From the IMG/VR virus record IMGVR_UViG_3300034091_000306: DNA of 64,000 bases, one strand, 5' to 3'. Numbering within the stretch: the stretch's first letter is position 1; every line of letters begins with the position of its first letter. This document shows positions 1 to 9,205 of the stretch, in pieces. The DNA is from an uncultured virus (IMG/VR IMGVR_UViG_3300034091_000306). Its lineage: Duplodnaviria > Heunggongvirae > Uroviricota > Caudoviricetes. The position numbers were made by a program, and so were the translations under genes. The notes below the pieces were generated by a model that made no database searches, was not told the origin of the DNA, and was given only the letters and a program-made list of their open reading frames with translations.

Positions 1-1
1 C

Positions 2-781
2 GGAAAACGAAAGCTCGTCCCGGAGATCTTGCAGGTACTCCCGCTCACGTTCGGCACCTACCACGAGCCATTCCTCGGCGGAGGAGCGCTCTTCTTTGCG
101 TTGAAGCCGGAGAAGGAAATCCTATCCGATCTCAACGGCAAGCTCATCAACGTCTACAAGGTGATCCGAAACGACGTCGATTCGCTCATCCGGCACCTGA
201 AGAAATATAAGAACAGCGAGAAGTTCTACTATAAGATCCGTGCACGCAACTTCGACGTCGGGACTCCGGTGGAGCGGGCCGCCGACTACATCTACTGCAA
301 CCGTACCGGCTTCAACGGCATGTTCCGCGAGAACCGAGACGGACAATTCAACATCCCCTTCGGTAGCTACGCCAATCCGACGATCTGTGACGAAGTCAAC
401 CTGCGAAATGTATCGCGGGCCTTGAAGGGCGTCACGATCCTGCATGAGAGCTTTATGAAGCTCACGGATCGCGGTGCGAAGTCGCCGAAGGCCGACGATC
501 TGGTCTATTTCGATCCCCCCTATGAGCCTATAAGTGAGACGAGCAGTTTTGTCGGCTTCACGAAAGCCGGTTTCGGGCGCGAGGACCAAATCAAGCTTCG
601 CGACCTCGCCCTGACACTGAAACGAAAAGGTGTCCACGTCGTCCTGTCTCACAGCAGCGCCGACTACATTCGCGGGCTCTATTCATCACCTGAATTCACG
701 ATCACTGAAGTCCAAGCGGCGAGGGCGGTGAATAGTGACGGAGCCGGCCGAGGGAAGATTACCGAGCTGCTCATTTATTGA
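2..781 (+). CDS. dam: DNA adenine methyltransferase, Dam/D12 class (5' end truncated by window edge)
   Basis: Frame is open from base 2 (GKRKLVPEIL); has EPFLGGGA motif I, N-x3-FNG-x-FR-x-N-x2-G-x-FN-x-PFG and YFDPPY motif IV. Confidence 0.9.
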   Translation, partial: GKRKLVPEILQVLPLTFGTYHEPFLGGGALFFALKPEKEILSDLNGKLINVYKVIRNDVDSLIRHLKKYKNSEKFYYKIRARNFDVGTPVERAADYIYCNRTGFNGMFRENRDGQFNIPFGSYANPTICDEVNLRNVSRALKGVTILHESFMKLTDRGAKSPKADDLVYFDPPYEPISETSSFVGFTKAGFGREDQIKLRDLALTLKRKGVHVVLSHSSADYIRGLYSSPEFTITEVQAARAVNSDGAGRGKITELLIY

Positions 782-796
782 GGAAAGGGAAAAGTA

Positions 797-1207
797 ATGG
801 AGAAAGACTGCGGCAACTGCGGCAATCGCTGCATGGATATGGACATGGATCCTTACTGCGCGGCAGTGAACAAGCCTCATGGATTGAATCTATCGCGAGG
901 GAAACCGGAAGCGTGCGGACCCTCAAGCCTGCTATGGACAGAGGATGTGCGAGGGAAGAAACTATCTTCGACGGAGAAGCGTGCTGTCCTTGAAGCATTT
1001 GGAGGCATCGACGCGAAGGTGCTCGCGCGAATCACGCCGCCCTTCAGCTACGAAACCTTTTCTGAACGCGGACCGCAAGGGCAACAGTACACACGCTATC
1101 GCATCCGTGACGCGAACGACGATGCGCTCGCAAGTAGTTACGACAAGGTGTACGCCGATCTCATCGTTGCGGCCTTGAATCAATACATGCGCACGTCACG
1201 GAAATGA
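797..1207 (+). CDS. hypothetical protein, Cys-rich N-terminus
   Basis: 136-aa ORF with purine-rich RBS; CxxCxxxC motif; ATGA overlap with next gene. Confidence 0.55.
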   Translation: MEKDCGNCGNRCMDMDMDPYCAAVNKPHGLNLSRGKPEACGPSSLLWTEDVRGKKLSSTEKRAVLEAFGGIDAKVLARITPPFSYETFSERGPQGQQYTRYRIRDANDDALASSYDKVYADLIVAALNQYMRTSRK

Positions 1208-1389
1208 AGACGATCAAGTTCAAGCAGATCCTCGCCGCGCCCTTCACGACGGTCACGGGCTCTTCCTACTCCATGTTCGGGCTCGGGACGGATGGCGTGG
1301 TTTACCGCTACGATCCGCAATGCGAAGGCTGGATCCCGTGGAGCACGAAGGTCGCCTCGTGCAAGGCTCAGCACAAGGCGAAGCGTTGA
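1204..1389 (+). CDS. hypothetical protein
   Basis: 61-aa ORF translationally coupled to the upstream gene. Confidence 0.5.
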   Translation: MKTIKFKQILAAPFTTVTGSSYSMFGLGTDGVVYRYDPQCEGWIPWSTKVASCKAQHKAKR

Positions 1390-1403
1390 GGTAAGCTTCC
1401 TGT

Positions 1404-2048
1404 ATGGAAATCCAGGTCGCCAAGGAACGCACCCCCGTCGCCGCGTCCGACGTCTACGCAGCCCTATCGCAAGCCTGGTCGAGCGTCGTCGGCGGGACGC
1501 CTAGCCGATCGTCTCTCCTCGTCCTCCTCGCGCAGACCGCCTTCGAGACGGGACAGTGGGCGTCGATGTGGAACTACAATCTTGGCAACATCAAACACGT
1601 CACAGGGGACGGCAACACCTACATCGAGCTCACCTGCACGGAGTACGACTCGAGCGGCAATCCATACTCCTCACCGTGTTACTTCCGAGCGTACAACGAT
1701 CTCACATCCGGTGCCGCAGCGTTCATCCAGTTCCTGAGCAAGTCGTCGAGATACAGTAGCGCGTGGGCGGCTGTTTTGGACGGCGATCCCCATACATTCG
1801 TTCAACAGCTGAAGGCTGACGGGTATTTCACTGGATCAGAGGCGTCATACGAATCGCAGGTTGTTTCCTACTTCACGAAATTCAACGGACAGTTGCCAAG
1901 CACCGTTCCTAACGGAATGCAAACGCCGACAGGCCCAAGCATCTGGATAACTTTGCTAGGCGGGCTCGCGCTAGGCGGTGCGGCGTACCTCGCCTACGAA
2001 ACGTACGCGCTGAAGCCGTCGCCTGTTCGTAGACGTCGAGTTGCATAA
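1404..2048 (+). CDS. glucosaminidase/FlgJ-like (GH73-like) peptidoglycan hydrolase with C-terminal TM anchor and basic tail
   Basis: AQTAFETG...YNLGNIK...FRAY...GYFT motif order; C-terminal WITLLGGLALGGAAYLAY followed by RRRR. Confidence 0.7.
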   Translation: MEIQVAKERTPVAASDVYAALSQAWSSVVGGTPSRSSLLVLLAQTAFETGQWASMWNYNLGNIKHVTGDGNTYIELTCTEYDSSGNPYSSPCYFRAYNDLTSGAAAFIQFLSKSSRYSSAWAAVLDGDPHTFVQQLKADGYFTGSEASYESQVVSYFTKFNGQLPSTVPNGMQTPTGPSIWITLLGGLALGGAAYLAYETYALKPSPVRRRRVA

Positions 2049-3716
2049 ATGATCTCCGCTCGTCTGAAAAAACTCGACGATAAGCACTTCGGAATTAGCA
2101 CGAGGTACGACACGCGCGTCGTCGATCTCGCTCATCAACTCCCCGGGCTTCACTTTCACAAGCCCACGAAGATGTGGATTGGCTACGCCGATAGCATGGC
2201 GCTCCTCGTCGATCGACTATCAAAGCAGGGCATCGCGAAGACCTACGGCGACAAACTACCTTTGCCAATCAGTGACCTAAAGGTCCCTGATAATTCGATC
2301 TACCGCAGGATCCACGATGAGATGAAGCGGGACTATCAGGTCCTCGGCGTTCATTTCATCGCAGAGAAGGCAAAGGAAGGTTGCCTCCTCGCCGATGCGA
2401 CTGGGCTAGGCAAGACGAAACAGTCTCTTATCGCGATTCGCGAATTCCTAGGCTATCCAACCGTCGTCGTCTGTCCGGCCTACTTGAAAAGCACGTGGGT
2501 AACTGAAGGCACGAAATGTGGTCTCGATGTCTTTCCCCTCAAGGGTGTGAAACCGCCAGTATCGGAGGACGGAACGCACGAAAAGATCTGTGTGGAGGAC
2601 GGTATCGTCGTCATAAATTATGACATCCTGTTTGCGTGGCTTCCGTATTTGATAGGCGCCAAAAACATATTTTTCGATGAGTGCCAGTTTCTCATCGGAG
2701 ACAAGTCACGCCGCAGCGCCGTGTGCAAGGAGCTGTCGAAGGAAGCAGAGAATGTCGTGGGCCTATCGGCTACGCCATTCACAAACAATACGAAGCAGCT
2801 ACACAACATCGTAGACATCATCAGTCCTGGACGTATGGGTCCATTTTTTTCTTTCGGAATCCGCTACTGCGAAGGGCACACTAAAACAATCGAGTTCGCG
2901 GACGGAGAAACAAAATCAGTCTATGACTGGTCGGGCTCCTCGCACCTAGACGAGCTACAAGAGCGTATGCGATACTTCAGCCTCCGACGAACGAAGGCTG
3001 ACGTGAAGCTCGAGATCCCGCCGAAGACGCGCCAAGTCATCGAGATCGACATTCCCGACACGGCGATCGATCTCTCCTGGGAGGATTGGGTCGCCGACGG
3101 GATGAAGACCAAGGCAATGCGCGCCTTGAACATGAGCGCCAGGGCTAAAATTCCAAGCACCGTTAGCCTTGCGCTCGAGAGGATGAACGAAGGCTCGAGT
3201 GTGATCGTCTTCTGCTACCAGAAGAACATCGCGAAGGAGCTTCAGAAGGCGTTCCAAGAAAAGGGTCACGATGCCTTCATGGCGACGGGCGACGAGACCG
3301 TCGAACGCCGGTTGAAGAACGCTTCTGTAGCACGCAAACAGACTGAAGGCGGCACGCCTTCTGTCTTGATCGGAACCATCGACGCGATCGGGAACGGCGT
3401 GGATCTCAGCTACGCGGACATCACGATCTTCTGCGAGCTGCACTACTCGCCCCTGCTACTCGTGCAGTGCGAAGGAAGAAGTGATAGGTACGGCCAGAAG
3501 CGGACGATGACGATCTACTTCATGATCGGCATCGGCAGCATCGACGAGAAGATCCGAGACGTCATCTTGACCAAACTCGAGAACTTCGAGAAGGTGATCG
3601 GATCGATGGGGGATGGCTTTACCGCCGACTTGAGAGGACAGAGCGAGGAAGACGCGCTGGCGGAGCTTCGCGAGGCGCTTCGTGCGGCGGCGAGGGAAGA
3701 GGAAATGACAACATGA
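2049..3716 (+). CDS. SNF2-family (SF2) helicase
   Basis: LLADATGLGKT, VVCPA, FFDECQ, GLSATP, LRRTK, GNGVDL, QCEGRSDRYGQ. Confidence 0.92.
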   Translation: MISARLKKLDDKHFGISTRYDTRVVDLAHQLPGLHFHKPTKMWIGYADSMALLVDRLSKQGIAKTYGDKLPLPISDLKVPDNSIYRRIHDEMKRDYQVLGVHFIAEKAKEGCLLADATGLGKTKQSLIAIREFLGYPTVVVCPAYLKSTWVTEGTKCGLDVFPLKGVKPPVSEDGTHEKICVEDGIVVINYDILFAWLPYLIGAKNIFFDECQFLIGDKSRRSAVCKELSKEAENVVGLSATPFTNNTKQLHNIVDIISPGRMGPFFSFGIRYCEGHTKTIEFADGETKSVYDWSGSSHLDELQERMRYFSLRRTKADVKLEIPPKTRQVIEIDIPDTAIDLSWEDWVADGMKTKAMRALNMSARAKIPSTVSLALERMNEGSSVIVFCYQKNIAKELQKAFQEKGHDAFMATGDETVERRLKNASVARKQTEGGTPSVLIGTIDAIGNGVDLSYADITIFCELHYSPLLLVQCEGRSDRYGQKRTMTIYFMIGIGSIDEKIRDVILTKLENFEKVIGSMGDGFTADLRGQSEEDALAELREALRAAAREEEMTT

Positions 3717-3913
3717 AGCGCGTCATCGAAATAGAACGTCCGATACCAGCTCAAACTGAACGAATGACTCTCGCAGGTCCCACAAGACAATGGTGGCAGA
3801 CATGCGGGATCGATGAATTCAAAGCGCGCGCTCGAGAAGCTCTTACTAGCGGAAATATTGCAGAAGCTCTTTCCTATGTCATCGATATTTTGGATCGAAA
3901 AGTCGAGACATGA
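3713..3913 (+). CDS. hypothetical protein
   Basis: 66-aa ORF with ATGA overlap and RBS. Confidence 0.5.
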   Translation: MKRVIEIERPIPAQTERMTLAGPTRQWWQTCGIDEFKARAREALTSGNIAEALSYVIDILDRKVET

Positions 3914-3939
3914 CAGGAGGCAGGCCACAGAAGACTAGC

Positions 3940-3966
3940 TGACCGACGAGGCTCCCACAGTGGGGG
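3940..3966 (+). repeat. 27-bp dispersed repeat, copy 1
   Basis: TGACCGACGAGGCTCCCACAGTGGGGG, intergenic. Confidence 0.9.
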
Positions 3967-4032
3967 TTGATTTGGGTGACGCTGGGCCTCTTCCGTGTAG
4001 ACTAGTCTCTCCAACCCTCGAAGGAGAGCATC

Positions 4033-5082
4033 ATGACTACTCAAAAGACGGCGTCCACACGGAAAGTTTGGTTGCCGAAACATCAGAAGTGGGTGCATTT
4101 TTCGCATCGAGATGCCATGCGCCGCAAGCGGCCCATGAAGAAGGCGGTGCTTCCGAAGGCCGTTCCAGCGACATCGCTCCCCGTCGATTGCACAGGCAAC
4201 CAGACGGTATCCTGTCCCATGGATGCGAACGACACGTTGGGGATCTGCGGCCCTGCGATGTGTGATCACGTCGACGGCATCCGAACATACGGTCAGGGAC
4301 AGGCCGGCTTTGCGGAGATCCATGCGAATCTTGCCGCACTCGTCGCTCAGTATGAACAGGTGAGCGGCGGCGACAACGGCACCGACGAAGACATGCTCGT
4401 CGGCACGAACGGTATCTGGATGACCGGTCTCGCGAACGATCCTACGGCCGTAGTCGTCGATCATCTCGACGTGGACATCACTGACGTCGCGCTCGCGCAA
4501 TACTGCATGGATCAGTTCTATCACGTGAATATGGCTTGGAGCGTCCCTGACGATTTCATTCAGAAGTTCACGACCGGCGTTGTCTTCGCTGACGCCGATA
4601 CACCTAATCCGAACAACGGCCATTTCACGACTAACGCGGACGTCGGGGGGCCGACCACACTCTCCAGTGCCGGCGAATCGCTCAACGGCTTCATGTCTCT
4701 CTGGACGTGGGGGAGTTTCTGTTGGGTCTCTCCCGCGTTCGTCGCGAGCGTCGACCCCGAGTGCTTCGTCACGTTCTCCCCTCTTCAGTTCAACAAGGCG
4801 AGCGGCTACGATTCGCATGGCCGCCACGTGAGCGACCAGGCTGCAAAGTGGGTCGCCCTCGGCGGCAACGCTTCACTCGTCAATGCTGTCGTGGCGCAGT
4901 TCCCTCCGAAGACCGCGCCTCCCGCACCTCCCACGCCCCCGACGCCGCCGGCACCTCCCACGCCCCCGACGCCGCCGGCACCTCCCGCGCCTCCTGTAGC
5001 AGCGCCGACGCTCGCCCAGGTCGTGGCGGCCATCACGCCTCTCTGGCCCGCCGCATCATCCGCGAAGTCCGCGAAACCCTGA
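4033..5082 (+). CDS. putative papain-like cysteine peptidase with Pro-rich C-terminal tail
   Basis: MDANDTLGICGPA (candidate catalytic Cys), GGDNG, NGHF (candidate His), TWG; PPAPPTPPT repeats; GGAGAG RBS. Confidence 0.55.
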   Translation: MTTQKTASTRKVWLPKHQKWVHFSHRDAMRRKRPMKKAVLPKAVPATSLPVDCTGNQTVSCPMDANDTLGICGPAMCDHVDGIRTYGQGQAGFAEIHANLAALVAQYEQVSGGDNGTDEDMLVGTNGIWMTGLANDPTAVVVDHLDVDITDVALAQYCMDQFYHVNMAWSVPDDFIQKFTTGVVFADADTPNPNNGHFTTNADVGGPTTLSSAGESLNGFMSLWTWGSFCWVSPAFVASVDPECFVTFSPLQFNKASGYDSHGRHVSDQAAKWVALGGNASLVNAVVAQFPPKTAPPAPPTPPTPPAPPTPPTPPAPPAPPVAAPTLAQVVAAITPLWPAASSAKSAKP

Positions 5083-5103
5083 ACGAAGACGAAGCGACAC
5101 AAG

Positions 5104-5136
5104 AGGGGGGATGGGGCTTCCAGCCTCGTCCCCCCT
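5104..5136 (+). terminator. GC-rich hairpin, possible terminator
   Basis: AGGGGGGATGGGGCT-TCC-AGCCTCGTCCCCCCT just after the stop at 5082; U-tract is weak. Confidence 0.4.
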
Positions 5137-5138
5137 TC

Positions 5139-5157
5139 TGCTATACGTCGTAGTGCA
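5139..5157 (+). promoter_or_regulatory. 19-bp near-palindromic operator/promoter motif
   Basis: TGCTATACGTCGTAGTGCA upstream of the glycosylation operon. Confidence 0.7.
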
Positions 5158-5179
5158 TCATCAAAAGGAGCGCACGCCG

Positions 5180-5431
5180 TTGAAATACGCGATCCCCATC
5201 TACCCCATCATCGAGATCCAGGACGCGGCACAGGCCGAACAACTCCGAGCGAAGCTCGAGTACCTCCTCAACCAGCCGCAGATCAAGATGCTCCTGATGT
5301 CTCAGGGCGTGCCTGGGATCGTGAGCACGACGGTAGGCCCTCCCTACCTCGTCGACGAGCGCGCGATGGCTGCGCAGCAGGGACAGCAGCCGCCGCAAAT
5401 GCCGCAACAGGTCGCGCCGCGTCGTCGTTAG
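5180..5431 (+). CDS. hypothetical protein
   Basis: TTG start after AAGGAG; Gln/Pro-rich tail. Confidence 0.55.
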   Translation: MKYAIPIYPIIEIQDAAQAEQLRAKLEYLLNQPQIKMLLMSQGVPGIVSTTVGPPYLVDERAMAAQQGQQPPQMPQQVAPRRR

Positions 5432-5440
5432 GAGAAACAA

Positions 5441-5902
5441 ATGCATCCTGGAGCTACCCACATCGCGCTACTCGCGGCGGCAGTCGCACGTTCAACGGGC
5501 TCGGTCATCGAGCTCGGATGCGGCCACTTCTCGACGCCGCTTCTCCACCATCTCTGCAAGGGTAGACGACTCGTAAGCATCGACCACGATCCTGAATGGG
5601 TCGATCAGTTCCGTGATCTGGAGTCGCCGCTCCACACGCTCATCTGCGTTCCACGCTGGGCAGAGGTGAAGTTTCCGCTCGATTCATGGGATGTCGCGTT
5701 CGTTGATTGCGCGCCTGCTGAAGCGCGCGTGCCGCTCATTGAGCAGTTTCTTTCGACGACGAAGCAGTTCGTCATCCACGACACGGAGCATCCCCTCTAC
5801 GGCTACGATCGCATCTGGCCGAAGTTCAAATTTAGGTACGACGATAAGCGGCTCGGGCCCTGGACGTCGGTAGTTAGCAACGTCGTGGAGTTCGTGCCGT
5901 GA
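5441..5902 (+). CDS. class I SAM-dependent methyltransferase-like protein
   Basis: VIELGCGHFST glycine loop, VSIDHD, DVAFVD, VIHD. Confidence 0.7.
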   Translation: MHPGATHIALLAAAVARSTGSVIELGCGHFSTPLLHHLCKGRRLVSIDHDPEWVDQFRDLESPLHTLICVPRWAEVKFPLDSWDVAFVDCAPAEARVPLIEQFLSTTKQFVIHDTEHPLYGYDRIWPKFKFRYDDKRLGPWTSVVSNVVEFVP

Positions 5903-6588
5903 AATCCCTTAGTGAAGTCGTCTACAAGGGCGATCTCGTTTCGAGGTTCTTCTGTACATCCGACACATCGACTGACGATTATGTTCTCCCGCTGCCTACA
6001 CCGTGGTGGAGCCGGCGGTATGAATATCCGTGGGCGGGGTCGTTTCTTGAAACGGGTTATCGCGTCCTCGATGCTGCGTGTGGAATCAGCCATCCATTCA
6101 AGTTCTGTATCGCCGCAGCGTGTGATGCGTACGCATGTGATCTCGATACACGTATCACAGATGAGGACGCGATCATCCGTGATGTAATCGCCGACTTCGG
6201 ATCGTGCAACAATGGGTTGCCTGGTAATGATGCACAAGAAGATCTGCGTCGTTCAATACGTAAACTCAATCGCACGCAGGCGAACATCACAGCATTGCCG
6301 TACGAAGATAAATTCTTCAATCGCGTCTTTTGTATTTCTGTTCTCGAGCATATGCCGAGAGAGGATATGCTCAAGGCCCTCAAGGAGTTCAGGCGCGTCC
6401 TCAAGCCCGACGGTCTAATAATCCTCACCTTCGACGTCCCTACGATAAGCACCGCGCTATTCGCGAACATCGTTCAGGCAAGCGATCTGTCTTTCGCCGG
6501 AGCATTCGATCCGCAGGTGACCAAAGATACGGTAACCACGAATATGTATGGCGGGCTGTCCTGCTTTCGCGCGGTGCTCAAATGCTAG
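5899..6588 (+). CDS. class I SAM-dependent methyltransferase (Methyltransf_11-like)
   Basis: VLDAACG, ITALPY-x-DKFF, ISVLEH, RVLKPDG. Confidence 0.88.
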   Translation: MKSLSEVVYKGDLVSRFFCTSDTSTDDYVLPLPTPWWSRRYEYPWAGSFLETGYRVLDAACGISHPFKFCIAAACDAYACDLDTRITDEDAIIRDVIADFGSCNNGLPGNDAQEDLRRSIRKLNRTQANITALPYEDKFFNRVFCISVLEHMPREDMLKALKEFRRVLKPDGLIILTFDVPTISTALFANIVQASDLSFAGAFDPQVTKDTVTTNMYGGLSCFRAVLKC

Positions 6589-8030
6589 CGTCCATGAGAG
6601 TCATGCTTGGTTGTCCCGTGCGGCAGAACCCAAAAATCTTGGCACGGTTCCTCGATTCCCTCGAGAAGCAGACCGTGAAGATGGATTACGTGTTCGTCGA
6701 CGACAATACGGCCATCGAATCGTCGAAGATGCTTCGCGATATAGGCGCGCAAATCGTTCCGGGCTATCAGCCACACAATGACGGCAACTATGCGCGTACT
6801 GACAATACGCACCACTGGGATGACTCTTCCATCTGGAAGGTGGCGCGTTTCAAGGATCTCTTGATCGATCGCGCATTGGAGCTCGACTACGACTATCTCT
6901 TCCTGGCCGACTCCGACCTCATCCTTCATCCCAAGACGGTAGAGCAGCTACTCGAAGCGAAGAAGGATATCATCTCGAATATCTTCTGGACCGCGTGGCA
7001 GCCAGGCACAGTGCCGATGCCCAATGTGTGGCTCAGCGACGAGTATGATATGTTCCTCGGCAGGAACCTGTCGGAAGAGGAAAAGAACAAACGCGGATCC
7101 GCGTTCCTTGCGCGTCTGCAGGTTCCCGGCGTGTACACGGTCGGTGGGCTAGGCGCCTGCACACTGCTCTCCAAGCACGCCCTCCTGAAAGGAGCGCGCT
7201 TCGCCCAAATCCCGAGCCTGAACTTCTGGGGAGAGGACAGACACTTCTCGGTTCGTGCGCAGGCTCTCGGCCTCGATCTCTATGTCGACACCCACCATCC
7301 AGCGAAGCACCTCTACCGAGATTCCGATCTCGATGATCTCGATGCAGCGCTCCCACGCATCACCCTTTCGATGATCGTTCACAACGAAGGAGGCCGCTAC
7401 CTGCGGCAGGTTCTCGAGTCGGCAAAGTGCTACATCTCCAATGCCGTGATCATCGACGACGCGAGCGATGACGACACATTGAAGGTCGTCTGCGAGGTTC
7501 TACAAGGCATCCCGTTCAAGATTGTCCACAACGCCGTCTCGAAGTTCTCGAACGAAATTGAATTGCGAAAGCAACAGTGGAAGGAGACGCTCGATACGAA
7601 CCCTGAGTGGATCTTGAACCTGGACGCCGACGAAATGTTCGACGGCGATCTTCGTACGCTCGATCTGAGCGATCCGGCCGTCGACGCCTACTACTTCCGC
7701 CTCTACGATATGTGGAATGACTTCAGTTACAGAGACGATCAGTTCTGGTCGGCGCACAATTCATATCGACCGTTCTTGGTCAGGTATAATCCCGAACTGA
7801 CCTACGCATGGAAGGAGACCGCGCAACACTGCGGTCGGTTCCCGCTCACGATCAGCAATCTATCCTACCGAACGTCCGACATTCGCCTGAAACATCTCGG
7901 TTGGATGAAGGCCGAGGATCGAGAGGCGAAATACGATCGCTACATGAAGCTCGATCCAGCCTGCGCGTTCGGTTGGAAGGCGCAGTACGAATCCATTCTA
8001 GACGAAGCGCCAAATCTGGTGGCATTTTGA
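6582..8030 (+). CDS. glycosyltransferase with two tandem GT2 (GT-A) domains
   Basis: Domain 1 FVDDN, LADSD, GEDRHF; domain 2 IIDDASDD, LDADE, HLGW. Start moved from 6330 to the ATG overlapping the upstream gene end. Confidence 0.85.
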   Translation: MLASMRVMLGCPVRQNPKILARFLDSLEKQTVKMDYVFVDDNTAIESSKMLRDIGAQIVPGYQPHNDGNYARTDNTHHWDDSSIWKVARFKDLLIDRALELDYDYLFLADSDLILHPKTVEQLLEAKKDIISNIFWTAWQPGTVPMPNVWLSDEYDMFLGRNLSEEEKNKRGSAFLARLQVPGVYTVGGLGACTLLSKHALLKGARFAQIPSLNFWGEDRHFSVRAQALGLDLYVDTHHPAKHLYRDSDLDDLDAALPRITLSMIVHNEGGRYLRQVLESAKCYISNAVIIDDASDDDTLKVVCEVLQGIPFKIVHNAVSKFSNEIELRKQQWKETLDTNPEWILNLDADEMFDGDLRTLDLSDPAVDAYYFRLYDMWNDFSYRDDQFWSAHNSYRPFLVRYNPELTYAWKETAQHCGRFPLTISNLSYRTSDIRLKHLGWMKAEDREAKYDRYMKLDPACAFGWKAQYESILDEAPNLVAF

Positions 8031-9049
8031 TTGCCGTCATCTACGGGACGAGGCCGGAAGCGATCAAGCTCGCCTCTGTCGTAGAGGCGCTCGAGGAGCG
8101 CAAGATCAAATACTTCACGCTCTGCACGGGACAGCATCTCGAGCTGCTCGACGGCTTGATGAGGCCTGACTTCAATTTACGATTGATGGAGCCCAAGCAG
8201 ACCGCCTCCGAGTTCATAGCGAAGGCTCTTCCACTCATCGACGCCTTCATCGAGGCGCGAGGTATCGAGCAGGTGATCGTCCAAGGCGACACCGCTTCCG
8301 CCTTCGCAGGCGCTCTCGCAGCCTTCCATCGAAAGATCCCCATTGCTCACGTCGAGGCCGGGCTCCGTACGTACGATCTAAATGCCCCGTTCCCAGAAGA
8401 GGGATACCGGCAGATGATCGATCGGATCGCAACGCAGCTGTACCCGCCGACGGAGGACGCCTCGAAGAATCTCCTCAAAGAAAGGCTGACGCATCACAGT
8501 CCTACCGGCAACACCGGCATCGACGCAGCGTTCAACGTCGTCCAAAAGAATCTCGGCCGATCGATCATCGAAGACGAGCCGTTCGTGCTCGCCACGCTGC
8601 ATCGAAGGGAAGCGACCGGCAGACCGGCCGAGGCTGTACATCGAGCCCTCAAACGCATCAGCAAGGACATTCCGGTCATCCTGCCGGTTCACCCCAACGG
8701 AATCCTGCCGGAAGCGCGATCGAAGGAGATCCTCTACGTAGCGCCGCTCAACTACCCAGACCTCATCCAAACGGTGCGCAAGGCGGCTTTCATCATCACC
8801 GACTCTGGCGGCATCCAAGAGGAGGCCGCGACGTTCGGGATTCCACTATTGATTACGAGAACGACGACGGAGCGAAACGAGATCGTCCGCATCGGCGGTG
8901 CAAAATTAGTCGGATTCGACGAAGACAAGATCGTCGAAGAAGCGCTGAAGCTGCTCAATCCAGTCACACGCGCAGCGATGTCGGTGCCCACGAATTACTA
9001 CGGCGATGGGAAGGCCGGGAAGCGGATCGTGGAGGATCTGCTCAGATGA
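8027..9049 (+). CDS. wecB: UDP-N-acetylglucosamine 2-epimerase (non-hydrolysing)
   Basis: GTRPEAIK, TGQH, VQGDT, HVEAGLRT, PEE, GNTGID, TLHRRE, TDSGGIQEEA, YGDG; TTGA overlap start. Confidence 0.93.
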   Translation: MIAVIYGTRPEAIKLASVVEALEERKIKYFTLCTGQHLELLDGLMRPDFNLRLMEPKQTASEFIAKALPLIDAFIEARGIEQVIVQGDTASAFAGALAAFHRKIPIAHVEAGLRTYDLNAPFPEEGYRQMIDRIATQLYPPTEDASKNLLKERLTHHSPTGNTGIDAAFNVVQKNLGRSIIEDEPFVLATLHRREATGRPAEAVHRALKRISKDIPVILPVHPNGILPEARSKEILYVAPLNYPDLIQTVRKAAFIITDSGGIQEEAATFGIPLLITRTTTERNEIVRIGGAKLVGFDEDKIVEEALKLLNPVTRAAMSVPTNYYGDGKAGKRIVEDLLR

Positions 9050-9205
9050 AACCGCAAGATACGTGGGGAATACGCTGGACCAGCGGAAACGGTACGAACA
9101 TCTTGGCGAGATCGGTCTCGGCACTGAATCAGATGCAAAGGACAAAGCCGATCGACTGAACGACAAAGACGTTGAAGGACGATATTACAGAGCTGAGCGA
9201 TACCT

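Noticed and set aside
6330..8026. Long N-terminal extensions given by the ORF track for the GT (6330) and WecB (7808) genes
   Set aside because: They overlap upstream genes; family motifs begin at the coupled starts 6582 and 8027
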